A DNA stretch of 54,661 nucleotides, filler included, from Asterionella formosa (GCA_002256025.1; 4 parts of 4 records of this genome joined end to end with filler, not necessarily neighbours in it); one strand, 5' to 3'. Positions 34,851-45,879 are shown, counted from the first letter of the whole stretch. The notes: a model not told the origin generated them from the letters alone. Numbers and translations are program-made.

Positions 34851-36326
34851 TTACCAGAAAGAACATTCGATAACCTCCCATATTTGATAAGCTGTCATAA
34901 CTGAGGCAATGCCAATCAACACACCCACAAGAACATCAAGAGGATAATGAAATTGATCACGGACTCGACTGTATGCAACCAGGCCCCCAACAACCAATGG
35001 ACTTAGAGTATAGGGGGCATAATGGAACTTTTCCTCGAAGAATAATGATAGGAGCAGCATGGCAGTAGTGGCATAGCTGGAGTGTGATGAGGGAAATGAT
35101 TGCTCAGCATCTCGTGGGTCATACCTTACCATTTCATCATAATTTGGTCTTCTTTTAGGATAAAAATACTTCAAACAGTCAGTGCTGAATCCTGAAAGGC
35201 CAATGGCTATAAACAAAATGCAGCATCTTGAAATGCCATCCCAAGGATAGACGAACCAATCAGCAACAAGAAAGCAAATAATTGGCAACACCCCACATAG
35301 CAGAAACAATTTAAATTTAGATACCGACTCAGTTGGTCTCGGATGCTCTTGGTTTTGTTCTGGAACAATCATTGATAAAGGTTTGAAGATTATATTTGCA
35401 AGCACACAAAAGCAAAAGCATAAGAACAAGAGAAACAAATGTCCTGCAACGACTTCCTCATATCTCAAGTTGACAAACTTAAGAATAGCTATCAGTTGCT
35501 TCTGGTTATTGACCTTGTTTTCGAGTACATGAGGCTCGCCAGCAAGCATCGTGGGGCTTGGCTCATAGTTTCGCCTGATGTCAATGACAGCCAAGGTGCA
35601 GCTGTCAGCAAGTAAATGACAGGCCTTTGAAAGTACTTGGTAGTGACCATGGTGAGGCACTTCATCAAAGCTGTACATGATGGTGACTAAATCAAAGGTT
35701 TCCCAAGGAAGATTTGTCTCTTCTGCGTTGCCAATGAGAAAGTGTGGTGAACAAGACCCATAAAATGCATACTTCGGATTGTCGAGAAGAAACTTTGCAG
35801 GTTCCAAATCAGAACTACGCAACTCAGCCATATCAATCATATCCTTTGAAGTGTTGACGCCAAGGATCACAGCTGCATCTTGACAAGCTCCTTGCAATGC
35901 TCGAGTCGACATTCCAATGCAGAAACAAAGATCAAGCACATTGGCCTTCCCAATGTTTTGACGAAGTCCTTTGGCAATAGTTATGCGAACATTCTCTCCG
36001 AAGAAGGCAGAAAAGTCGATAAGCTTGGTCTCTAATGGAGCAAGTGCAGCGTGGATTGCCCCAAGTAAACCTGTGTTTCCGAACGTGTGAATCTTGGGAT
36101 ATTTGGATGGATCCTGGAGGCATGTCGTCCTGGGACCTGTTGCGAGGCTACCAGCGTCTACGTGCATGACAACCGATACTCCAACGGCAACGTAAAAAAG
36201 CACCTTGATTGACTGCTTCATGCTTCTCTCGATTGCTTGTTTGAAGGATGGTGAGCACATCTCTTGGTTGACGTTGTAGACAGAGACGAAGATAAGAAGG
36301 AGAACACCGAAAAAGGAAAGCTTCAT
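34851..36326 (-). CDS. Chimeric ORF: degenerate SAM-dependent methyltransferase (type 11/UbiE-like) fused to a PAP2/lipid-phosphate phosphatase
   Basis: MTase part: IHTFGNTGLLGAIHA, VLDLCFCIG, LGVNTS..MI, GNAEET.LP..TFDLVTIMY.FDEVP. PAP2 part: K.....RP (KYFYPKRRP), SFPSSHSS, SRVRDQFHYPLDV plus TM helices. One open frame of 491 aa. Confidence 0.75.
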   Translation of the reverse strand: MKLSFFGVLLLIFVSVYNVNQEMCSPSFKQAIERSMKQSIKVLFYVAVGVSVVMHVDAGSLATGPRTTCLQDPSKYPKIHTFGNTGLLGAIHAALAPLETKLIDFSAFFGENVRITIAKGLRQNIGKANVLDLCFCIGMSTRALQGACQDAAVILGVNTSKDMIDMAELRSSDLEPAKFLLDNPKYAFYGSCSPHFLIGNAEETNLPWETFDLVTIMYSFDEVPHHGHYQVLSKACHLLADSCTLAVIDIRRNYEPSPTMLAGEPHVLENKVNNQKQLIAILKFVNLRYEEVVAGHLFLLFLCFCFCVLANIIFKPLSMIVPEQNQEHPRPTESVSKFKLFLLCGVLPIICFLVADWFVYPWDGISRCCILFIAIGLSGFSTDCLKYFYPKRRPNYDEMVRYDPRDAEQSFPSSHSSYATTAMLLLSLFFEEKFHYAPYTLSPLVVGGLVAYSRVRDQFHYPLDVLVGVLIGIASVMTAYQIWEVIECSFW

Positions 36327-37136
36327 TTCAGATTATCAATCTGAGTATTTCGAGGACAATCAGTAGTCAGTAAAGAATCCATATCGATGTATCGAATCAA
36401 ATGCCTTCGATTGTACCTACTGTAACATGAGAGTGCAAAACTCCCCTCAGGAAGTTCAATCGGCATCATATCATGCCACCTTTTCACCATGTACATCGAT
36501 TGCAATCATGGTCCGGTACTCGAATTCTCACCTCGTTTAACCAACAACAAAATGATACTTTTGTCACATGACATAATCTTGAACGAACAATGGCTCCGTA
36601 ACCCGAGATTCGAATTCTTTTCATCGGAAATGCAAATTGCAGTACGCTGGTACCAGTACCCCCATCGGTGACGAGAGACAGGTGGACACGATAGATGTCA
36701 GAATTTAACCGGTTATTGTGCAGAGGTATGTAGGAAAGAACAACTGAACAGAACATTATCTAATTCCGGGTTCTTTTTTGTATCAATCTACTCAGTGTTA
36801 GTGTCCGCTCGGCCTGTTGAATACCATGATGCAGCGGGATCGCTGCCATTCATTAACCGTCAAGAAGAGCAAATACCTCTGCATTTGAGAAGGACGTCGA
36901 TTCATCATCATCGATATAGCACCGGATTTTGAGTGTTAACACGATAAGGAGGCGCACGGATGGATATACATTTTAGTCCTGACATGACCCGAAGGAAACG
37001 ACAAAACAATGAGGAGCTACCGCTTTCCAAGTAATTCTTCAATGCTTTGCGATACCAATGCAACTTTCAACACTCTGTGATGAATGTGACACGTAGATAC
37101 AAAGACAAACCATAAATCATTCTCGCCAGTGTTGTT

Positions 37137-37188
37137 TTGCATTTGCATTTGCATTTCCATTTCCATTTGCATTTTCATTTCCATTTCC
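37137..37188. repeat. Hexamer microsatellite (TTTGCA/TTTCCA)n
   Basis: ttgcatttgcatttgcatttccatttccatttgcattttcatttccatttcc. Confidence 0.85.
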
Positions 37189-37754
37189 GACAAGCGTGAA
37201 TGGTAGAGCAGAGGGTAATTTTATGATACCTGTAGGAGCTCAGATTAAAAAGCTCGCGCCAGCCCGATTTAGGACATACCAAAAAACCGTGTTTAAAATC
37301 GTGCAACGGCAAAATATATTGGGGGGTTAAATATAATTAGCTAAGAACTTGATATTTTTAATTAACCAATCGCCTGTGTCTGCCTCGTGGTCGCTTGGTA
37401 ATCATTGTTTACAAACAGGTATTTTCTAGGCATTGTATAAATAAAATATTAGCTATAGTTCAAGAGCAGAGAGCAGGGCACGTACCAGGTACCTTGTACC
37501 AGGTAATCACCAGGTAACCAGGTACTGGTACCGGTACAACATAGTCTTCACTTGGGCTTTCAAAAGATATTTTACTTAATCTACGGTATGTGTACAGGAA
37601 TATACGAGAAGGCTGGGTCTACCGGTGGTTGAAAAGTTGCTTTCGATCAAGGCAGCAGCTTTCGACACAACAGCATCATCCCTGAACACTACTTATCGTG
37701 CACAGCTCACATTATTATTCCTAACATTTTGCACATGGAACGACAACGACGGTG

Positions 37755-38087
37755 ATGATTTACAAAATATCCCCCCGCATAGACTGGGAAGCAGCCGAAG
37801 CTGCCGGTGTGTTCCTCGGCGCTCCTGTTGATCTAATGGACGGGTTCATTCACTTTTCTACCAAGGATCAAGTTGCCGTAACAACTGCCAAGTACTTTAG
37901 TGGACAGACGGATCTGATTCTAGCAGCCATTGATGAAAACGACTTGGCCATGTTGAAGTATGAGCTATCGCCGAGTCGAGGTGAATTATTTCCTCACCTG
38001 TACGGACCGTTGCCCATGACTGCGGTACGTTGGAGCAAACCCATGCCATTGGGTAATGATGGAGTACATATGATCCCTGACCTCTGA
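37755..38087 (+). CDS. DUF952 domain protein
   Basis: IYKI....WEAA...G.F.G.PVD..DGFIHFST..QV..T..KYF.GQ.DL.L..ID...L.YE.S..GELFPHLYGPLP..AV; intronless. First in-frame ATG is at 37755. Confidence 0.92.
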   Translation: MIYKISPRIDWEAAEAAGVFLGAPVDLMDGFIHFSTKDQVAVTTAKYFSGQTDLILAAIDENDLAMLKYELSPSRGELFPHLYGPLPMTAVRWSKPMPLGNDGVHMIPDL

Positions 38088-38717
38088 TAATGGAGTAGTG
38101 AATAATATGTGTAATATGAGATGAGCTTCCGTTCCACAATCCCTTGACGATAAAATAGTGCCTCAAGGGTCATGAGCAATCATGAAAAACGCTATACTAA
38201 ATCTGCAACATATTGCTTATTCCTTTTGATAGAAAAAAATGGAAAACCCGATCACACTCCGAGCCCTTGTTCATAGATATAACAGACTCCAAATTCATGT
38301 AGAACCTGTGCCTTATCCACTGTGACCATCTGTCATCAACAACATTTGGATAATACCCATCTCCATCTGCAATTCACATTATATAGGCATCATCTCCAAA
38401 CAGTCATGACATGTGCTTTTGAAATGTAAGGAGAACTCTTGAAAGTACATTAAATTTACACAAATTCGTATTTGTGTCCTGAGGACACTAGTGAAACTTC
38501 AGAAAGAAGGAATGTTAACCCATTATCTCCAAAACGTTTGTGGTGGATTGACATTGTGTTGAGATTGGAAGTGTCACTTAGAAGGAATGGGCTAACGAAA
38601 ATACCGGTTATCATTAACGACAAAATATAAAAGAGTAAATAAAAATTATGGCATATATCAGCATTTTCTCAGATTTGCAAAAGTACCATGTCCCAGGAAT
38701 CTAACAAGGTAAATGAA

Positions 38718-38789
38718 TTGCTGTTCGAGGTTTCGATCCTCGGACCTTTGGGTTATGAGCCCAACACGCTTCCCCTGCGCCAAACAGCA
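38718..38789 (-). tRNA. Initiator tRNA-Met (CAT)
   Basis: TGCTGTT TG GCGC AGGGGAA GCGT G TTGGG CT CAT AA CCCAA AGGTC CGAGG ATCGAAA CCTCG AACAGCA A. It shows a full cloverleaf, three G-C pairs in the anticodon stem and the ATCGAAA T-loop typical of eukaryotic initiators. Confidence 0.96.
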
Positions 38790-39199
38790 TAGTTCCTGTT
38801 CCTCAGTAATTGTCAATAAAGTTATATATATATATATATATATATTCAGCCACTTATACCATATTACGTGAATTCTTGTACCCGGTGGTCGTCAATTCGT
38901 CTTATTTTTCCAAGGAAAAATGTTATTTTCTTCCTTTTTTTGACATTTACCACTTCACATGCTGGTGGGCTCTAATAATGACAACAGCAACCTACCAGTT
39001 GTCCAGTTGTCCAATTGTACAACAATTGTATATTATTCATATCTTTGAATCTTGGAGTGCTATCTATACATGATGTAATTCCTACAGGCCATGCTGATAC
39101 AGTGCTGCAATCATGAAGTAATGATGATTAATAATGTATACTAAATGGGCAACATACAATGCTTAAAACTGGTTCAAAAAGAAACAATGGAAATCACCA

Positions 39200-40576
39200 T
39201 CATGCTCCATCGCCTCCCTGAACAACATCCCTATGAGCAAAGCCCTTGTTCATGTATATTTCGGACTCCAAATCATTTAAAAACTGAGCTTTATCCACTG
39301 AGGCCGCCTGTCTACGACCGCTTTCGGATATATCCATTTTCAATCGCCCCTTGGTTTGATTAATTTGGAATGTGTCATCTCCAACTGATGTCGCATATGC
39401 TTCAATCACACTGGCAGTGAAAAAGTTTTCATCTTGTTCCAATAGTGGGCCATTCTCATAGGTTGTATCCACAGATGTGGCCTTACAACGAGTCCAATCT
39501 GTGGTAAGATGAACTCGAGGACAATCATGCGTAATGCCCCCAATACACAACCCTTTAATTTCATTGGTCCGGTGTGCAGCAGGCATGTGCAAGTACTGAT
39601 AATACTTGCCACTCCCTGTTGCTGGGTACAATTGCAATTGTGGTTTTAACGTAAATAAGAAGGAATCAGCATTGTCGTAAAAGTGCGATACATTAGTTCC
39701 CGGTGCTCCAAACCACTTTGAACTCAACTTCCAAGGGCATTCTGTAAAGTATCCAAACACTTCCCCTCGTGTTGTTTGAATAACAATCGTCGTGGGGCCT
39801 TGATATCCAATGAGTGCTTGTTGGAGTATTTCAAAGGACGATCCATCATCGAGATTGTTGTAGAGCCTTCGCCAGTTCCCTTGTAATTTGCTAGAAAGCA
39901 ATGCAAGTGAGAGGAGATCAAGTGGTATATCGGACTGTTTGTCGAGAATAGGGAATTGAAGAACTGGTGTCTTTCCAGGGCTAAATTCCCGAAGTAGAAT
40001 ACCGTGAAAGAACGTCGCAACAGCAGTGTATATCTGAGGCAATTTCATGTTGGCCCACTCCATGAACAGAGGCCTGGAGGATAGGTCAACCAAGTGCCAC
40101 TCCGCTGGCACCGCAGTGCCAAGTACGAGAGAGTCCTCCACAAATAGGTTGTCGTGCCGGCAGTCAGTTGTCTGCAACACACGAGAGGCCACGGAAATGC
40201 GATATATCCATTCCAGCAGTGTCGCCTTTGATTCAGCTTGAACATTCTGGGTACATGTCCACAACACGTCCAACAATGGCCTAGGTCCTCGGCGACCCAG
40301 CAGGACAGAAATGCCCTCCATGTATTTGTTCAGGGGCGTGTCTATCAAACAAAACGCCGATAGGATGCTCTGGTGCAATAGAGATGACGTGCAGTCATCA
40401 GGGAGATCGAGCGATGGGATCGCGGCAGTTTCGCTGCTGATGCGCTCGGCCACAACAGAGACATCTTCGTCGTACAGGCGGAGCAATTGGTCCAGTTCGT
40501 CTTCTTGGAAAGGAAAGCTATCCAAGATGCTTTCCTTATCGATTGACAAGGACGATGAGCTTGCGTTGTCTAACAT
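39200..40576 (-). CDS. TLDc domain protein
   Basis: WRRLY...DDGSSF..L...LIGYQGPT.IVIQT..GEVFGYF...W......FG...SFLFTL.P...Y; CIGG; IEAY. The start may lie further upstream. Confidence 0.9.
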   Translation of the reverse strand: MLDNASSSSLSIDKESILDSFPFQEDELDQLLRLYDEDVSVVAERISSETAAIPSLDLPDDCTSSLLHQSILSAFCLIDTPLNKYMEGISVLLGRRGPRPLLDVLWTCTQNVQAESKATLLEWIYRISVASRVLQTTDCRHDNLFVEDSLVLGTAVPAEWHLVDLSSRPLFMEWANMKLPQIYTAVATFFHGILLREFSPGKTPVLQFPILDKQSDIPLDLLSLALLSSKLQGNWRRLYNNLDDGSSFEILQQALIGYQGPTTIVIQTTRGEVFGYFTECPWKLSSKWFGAPGTNVSHFYDNADSFLFTLKPQLQLYPATGSGKYYQYLHMPAAHRTNEIKGLCIGGITHDCPRVHLTTDWTRCKATSVDTTYENGPLLEQDENFFTASVIEAYATSVGDDTFQINQTKGRLKMDISESGRRQAASVDKAQFLNDLESEIYMNKGFAHRDVVQGGDGA

Positions 40577-40744
40577 TCCTGGGGCTGGTGGCGTTGGAAT
40601 GCTGACAGATTTTACAATGTAACAGTGTGGATGACTATGAAATAGTGTACAAAAGGCAGTTGCTTATAATTAGTTCAGAATCAACATCAGCTACCGATGG
40701 ATAGCGAAGTGAATTCATATAGCGGTACCAGGTACCACTTAAAA

Positions 40745-40951
40745 ACTGTAAGCCACCGCTATTTTACTCTATCTTTCGACTAAAAATATTTATGTAATTC
40801 AACGATCAAAACTTGACGCAAGTACAAAGCTTATGTTAGACAATGCTCTCTGCTATACTATTAAGGAATCAGTTTTGATTCAGTGTATCTAGCCATGAAG
40901 AAATAATTTTTCCAAAGTCACTAAGATTATTGCATAGCGGTGGCTTACAGT
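40745..40951. mobile_element. MITE-like element (~207 bp) with perfect 18-bp terminal inverted repeats
   Basis: actgtaagccaccgctat (40745-40762) and atagcggtggcttacagt (40934-40951) enclose AT-rich non-coding DNA. No clear target-site duplication. Confidence 0.7.
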
Positions 40952-42027
40952 GCATATTTTTCTATCTGTACATNNNNNNNNNNNNNNNNNNNNNNNNNNN
41001 NNNNNNNNNNNNNNNNNTTAATTAATTAANNNNNNNNNNNNNNNNNNNNNNNNNNNNNNNNNNNNNNNNNNNNGCCTTCCTCTTTTTAACTTTTGTTTCA
41101 GCCTCCAGAGCCAGATGACAAAGGATAAAGAATTGATCATGGTCATCATAATCAAAGAATTGATGATTGCTTTCATTATCAAAAAATTGATTACTGATGA
41201 CATCATTACCATCGTTGATATTCATGGCACCTTCTTCAGTCCAATGTTGATCCACTTGTTTGTCATTGTGCAGTGACAATGATGATATGGTGCTGATTGC
41301 TTGAAAACCTGAAAGGGGACGATGGCAAGCGGAAGTGTATAGACAATCTTGCATGTCTGTGTTGACTCATGGCAAATCAAGAATTTAGCAGGTATGTCAG
41401 CTATATATTGTATACTGGTACATGATACGCGTAGTTTTCCTACATGGTTTTAGTAATGGAAAATTATCGAAATAGTCTGGAGGGAAACTTGGAGGGATAT
41501 GCACATGATTGTAGCCAGCCCGTAACCGTTGAATTTTCGTGATGCTTTTTGGTGATACAATTTCATTTTTATTTTTGTGGAGAATGGATTTTTTCGGTTT
41601 AAATCGAGTAGCCGTTAAATGATACTTTTTCAAAAAATTGATACCAATCCGAAAATGATAGGAACGACCCTAACGGTGCAACAACGCCCTACTGCTACAC
41701 AATGAGCATAACAGTAAGGCATTTTTTAGGTTCTTTGCTCACATATGGCTGGTTTGATTACCGGGTATAATTTGTACGGACAAATATTCGCAATATTCGG
41801 ACTTTCCCGGAACTCCCTGCAACATCGTTGTTCATCTCTACAGCCCATTTGGTCCCTGACGCGTCCTTACAGGATACAAGAAAGCAATAGAGGGCTTCGG
41901 GACGCAATTTCAACAAGGGACAAGGGATTGAAAACCCAGACTGAATCCAGTCTATTTTAGACTGAAATCAGTCTAGCCGGAAAGAATCCGATATATAACA
42001 ATCGAAGCCCACCAATATCTTGTTCCC

Positions 42028-43971
42028 ATGGCCGACAACAGCGACGCAGGAGAGGAGCCACCAAGGGACGACGAAGGCTTGCTGCTCGAGTACGACGTGA
42101 TCTTGTGCGGAACGGGACTTGGGCAATCCATTCTGGCATCCGCCTTGGCCAGAGCAGGCAAGAGCATTCTTCATGTCGACGCGAGAGACTTTTACGGAGA
42201 AACTGATAGTGTTCTGACCCTGCCTTACATTCGAAATGGAGGCATATGGAATGTCGAAGTAATGGAGGAAGAAATAAATGAGTCCTGCGAGAACATCCCA
42301 ATGCATACTCCACATCTGACACTGCATTCCACGAGTCAGCTCGAAAAGGTATCCATCCGTGTCGGTACAGAGGTTGATACTCCCTATGGACGAGGCAAAG
42401 TCATTTCGTTACCTTCGAGCGAGTCGAAATCTGTATCTATTTCGCTCGACCCATGGATGCTGGCGAATGGAAAATCACCCACCCTTTGTGTTGGAATAAT
42501 TGACGTGGACACAGACGACTTAACAGCCCATCTGGCAAAGCAATCGATTCAAGCTATTTCACTGAGTCATGCTCAACGTATTCTGCATTCTCAATCTAGA
42601 TCCTTTGCACTTGATTTGAGTCCGAATCTAATTTTTGCCTCGGGAGTTGCCGTGGCATGCTTTTTGACGTCGGGTGTTTCTGATTATCTTGAGTTCAAGT
42701 CAGTCGAAGGGTTGCTCTGGTTCCAAGGTGGTCAGCTCGCACGTGTCCCGTGCAGCAAGGGAGATGTATTCGCAAGCCAGCTCCTCAAACCCATGGACAA
42801 GCGACGATTGATGAAATTTTTACAAGTTGTAATGGACTATGGGATCAGCCAACAGTATTCACAAGCTCAGCATGATAATGAAGCAACATCCTTAGTGAAT
42901 GAAGCAACTGTTCAGTCGCTAAATGAACGCATGTTAAATCAAGGTCGATCACTGAGTCGACCTCAAAACAAGGCAGTTTCTACGAATGATTTAGAAGAAC
43001 TAATAAAAGAAATGGAGAGTGAAGACCGATCGCTACTATCCTATCTCCAGGAAAAACACAATCTATCGCCTAATTTGATGACACTTGTTCGATATGCTCT
43101 TGCGCTGGAAACCTCCTTGGAATCGACATCGTTGGAGCAAGGTATGAAGAGTCTGTGCCAACATTTGCAAGGATTGGGTAAATTCGGAACCACTGCTTTT
43201 TTGACTCCAATGTATGGATCTGGGGAGTTTTCCCAGGCATACTGTCGGTCGGCTGCAGTTCATGGTGGAACATACCTTTTGAGACGGCAACCACGTGAGA
43301 TTGTGGTGGGCAACGATGGTATAGTAGACGGTGTCGTGTTAGTGGATGGCGACATGAAAACAACCAAAACTGTAAAGTGCAAGCATGTCATTACCTCACG
43401 GGCATCCCTACCGACTACTACCATGCAGTATATTCTACGAAGAATCAGTATCGTTGTGGGACCAATTGTGAGTGACCAACCCGAGCAACGTCATGTGATC
43501 TTGATACCACCAGCATCAAAGGATATTGGAAATTCCAATGTCATTCACGGTCTGGTATTGGATTGGTATTCTCGAGTAGCAGCTTCAGGAACGACAATCT
43601 TACATTTAACGACAACAGTGAGCAATCTAGAGGACGTGAGAATACTAGATCGAGCCTCCAAATCCATGGTACCTCCAGGATCGATAGAGATTTATCAAGT
43701 CACCTTCAGCCACGTTTTGCCTACGTCAGAGTCGCCAAAGCTGCCCGGTCTTCACGTTTTTCCTTCCAGTGGTCAACGCCTAGTGGCGGACAAGGTATTT
43801 CAAGAAGCCAAGATCATCTTTGACCATATTTGTCCCAATTTGGATTTTCTAAAATTATCAGCTGAGATGGTCACTGCTGTGCAGGAGCGTCAAATGGGCC
43901 GTGACGACGAAGATGACGAAAAGTTGCTGTTGGAGAGCGCCTTTGGTATGCTTGAAGGAGAGGGTGCCTAG
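42028..43971 (+). CDS. Rab escort protein (REP/CHM; Rab-GDI family)
   Basis: YDVILCGTGLGQSILASALARAGKSILHVD..DFYG, SRSFALDL.P, SGVSDYLEFK, VPCSKGDVF...L..MDKRRLMKFL, GKFG.TAFL.PMYGSGEFSQAYCRSAAVHGGTYLLR. Confidence 0.93.
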   Translation: MADNSDAGEEPPRDDEGLLLEYDVILCGTGLGQSILASALARAGKSILHVDARDFYGETDSVLTLPYIRNGGIWNVEVMEEEINESCENIPMHTPHLTLHSTSQLEKVSIRVGTEVDTPYGRGKVISLPSSESKSVSISLDPWMLANGKSPTLCVGIIDVDTDDLTAHLAKQSIQAISLSHAQRILHSQSRSFALDLSPNLIFASGVAVACFLTSGVSDYLEFKSVEGLLWFQGGQLARVPCSKGDVFASQLLKPMDKRRLMKFLQVVMDYGISQQYSQAQHDNEATSLVNEATVQSLNERMLNQGRSLSRPQNKAVSTNDLEELIKEMESEDRSLLSYLQEKHNLSPNLMTLVRYALALETSLESTSLEQGMKSLCQHLQGLGKFGTTAFLTPMYGSGEFSQAYCRSAAVHGGTYLLRRQPREIVVGNDGIVDGVVLVDGDMKTTKTVKCKHVITSRASLPTTTMQYILRRISIVVGPIVSDQPEQRHVILIPPASKDIGNSNVIHGLVLDWYSRVAASGTTILHLTTTVSNLEDVRILDRASKSMVPPGSIEIYQVTFSHVLPTSESPKLPGLHVFPSSGQRLVADKVFQEAKIIFDHICPNLDFLKLSAEMVTAVQERQMGRDDEDDEKLLLESAFGMLEGEGA

Positions 43972-44826
43972 GAGTCGCAAGCTGAAGCCGTTGATCAAAA
44001 GGCTTTTCTATTAACAAATCGTTATTCTTGATCGTAGTGGTCGCACCTTTCGAAGTTCAATTGGCATTAAGGACTACACCATTGATGGATGTCTACTTCT
44101 TTTCTAACTTGTCAAACCTACGTCTTACGCCGCATATTCTAGTATTGATACTCTGTCAAGCTCCTAAATTGCAAGCNNNNNNNNNNNNNNNNNNNNNNNN
44201 NNNNNNNNNNNNNNNNNNNNNNNNNNNNNNNNNNNNNNNNNNNNNNNNNNNNNNNNNNNNNNNNNNNNNNNNNNNNNNNNNNNNNNNNNNNNNNNNNNNN
44301 NNNNNNNNNNNNNNNNNNNNNNNNNNNNNNNNNNNNNNNNNNNNNNNNNNNNNNNNNNNNNNNNNNNNNNNNNNNNNNNNNNNNNNNNNNNNNNNNNNNN
44401 NNNNNNNNNNNNNNNNNNNNNNNNNNNNNNNNNNNNNNNNNNNNNNNNNNNNNNNNNNNNNNNNNNNNNNNNNNNNNNNNNNNNNNNNNNNNNNNNNNNN
44501 NNNNNNNNNNNNNNNNNNNNNNNNNNNNNNNNNNNNNNNNNNNNNNNNNNNNNNNNNNNNNNNNNNNNNNNNNNNNNNNNNNNNNNNNNNNNNNNNNNNN
44601 NNNNNNNNNNNNNNNNNNNNNNNNNNNNNNNNNNNNNNNNNNNNNNNNNNNNNNNNNNNNNNNNNNNNNNNNNNNNNNNNNNNNNNNNNNNNNNNNNNNN
44701 NNNNNNNNNNNNNNNNNNNNNNNNNNNNNNNNNNNNNNNNCTTGAAGCCATCCATTCTAAACCAACTCAGCGCATATACCGATACTGCTTGAAGCCACAG
44801 AAGGGTGAAACAAGTCCCGTCGAGAC

Positions 44827-45879
44827 ATGAGCCGACGAGCCTATGTCACTGCAGATGGAAGACTCTCGCGTCAACAGCCCTTGCTGCCGACTTTCTCGAC
44901 TCGCCGAGTCCTAGTTGTCGTGATTTCATTGCTCCTCTGCGCCCTAACAAATCCTGCCAATGGAACGCGACAGTTACTTCCTGATTATGTTTGGAGAAAT
45001 GTGCGCTACGACGAGCGAAGCTCGACAAGTCGCAGCTGGTTGTTCGCCAAAGTCTCTGTTAGCAGGCCCAGATCAACCAATTTTGTCCTCGTTGCATTCA
45101 CCAAAGACTCCAATCGCGTCATGGCGACTGCATTGCTTCACACGTGGAGTGTCTGTTCCACGGTGTCAACGAATCCTTTGACTCAGAGTTTTTGCTCCTG
45201 GATGGACGAGACCTTTTGTCACGGAAAGCCTGTGTTAGATTCGACAGATTTGCCCTATAGCTTGACCAGGATACTGTCCTTGTCACTTTTTGTGTCCATG
45301 CTTCTCTCGTTTTGCGCCTACCGTCCGTTATCGTTCAGAATATCGCCTTGGATGGACCCAGTGTTATCCTTGTTGGAACAACCCACCTGGCACGACATTG
45401 TTCGCGTGAATGCATGTGTGAACCCCGCATTGAAATGCATGCATCGCATGGTGGCGGCCATGATTTACGACCCTTGGAGTGTAAACATGCATATGGTGGT
45501 CGGCAGTATGATACTCCTTGCTGGTATCGGTATCATGGGGAATGGTATTGCTGCCGTTGTTACAGGAAGGCACCGTGTCACTGGGTTGGACGCTTCCATT
45601 GGGGGTTGTCTTTCCTATCAACGAACTATGGTCGTTGGCTCGTCTCTTCTCCTTCTTGACAACACTGCATATAACATGAGCAGTAGTCACTATTTTTGGT
45701 TTACCATTGTCACACACATTTCAGACCGTAGTTATGGACGGCTGGTGGCGTTTTTGGCTGGTGCCATGTTGGGTCATGGATTTGGATTATTGCAACGTGA
45801 CGTTATTGTCGAAACTTTTTTTGCCAGAATAATGGTGGGCTGGAGGCGCTTTCTCGACAAGTGGCTCATAATGCGTTGA
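44827..45879 (+). CDS. Multi-pass membrane protein, possibly rhomboid-like pseudoprotease
   Basis: 350-aa intact ORF with ~6-7 hydrophobic segments. VTGLDASIGG sits where a rhomboid GxSG would be, and there is a terminal FLAGAMLGHGFG helix. Family call is tentative. Confidence 0.6.
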   Translation: MSRRAYVTADGRLSRQQPLLPTFSTRRVLVVVISLLLCALTNPANGTRQLLPDYVWRNVRYDERSSTSRSWLFAKVSVSRPRSTNFVLVAFTKDSNRVMATALLHTWSVCSTVSTNPLTQSFCSWMDETFCHGKPVLDSTDLPYSLTRILSLSLFVSMLLSFCAYRPLSFRISPWMDPVLSLLEQPTWHDIVRVNACVNPALKCMHRMVAAMIYDPWSVNMHMVVGSMILLAGIGIMGNGIAAVVTGRHRVTGLDASIGGCLSYQRTMVVGSSLLLLDNTAYNMSSSHYFWFTIVTHISDRSYGRLVAFLAGAMLGHGFGLLQRDVIVETFFARIMVGWRRFLDKWLIMR

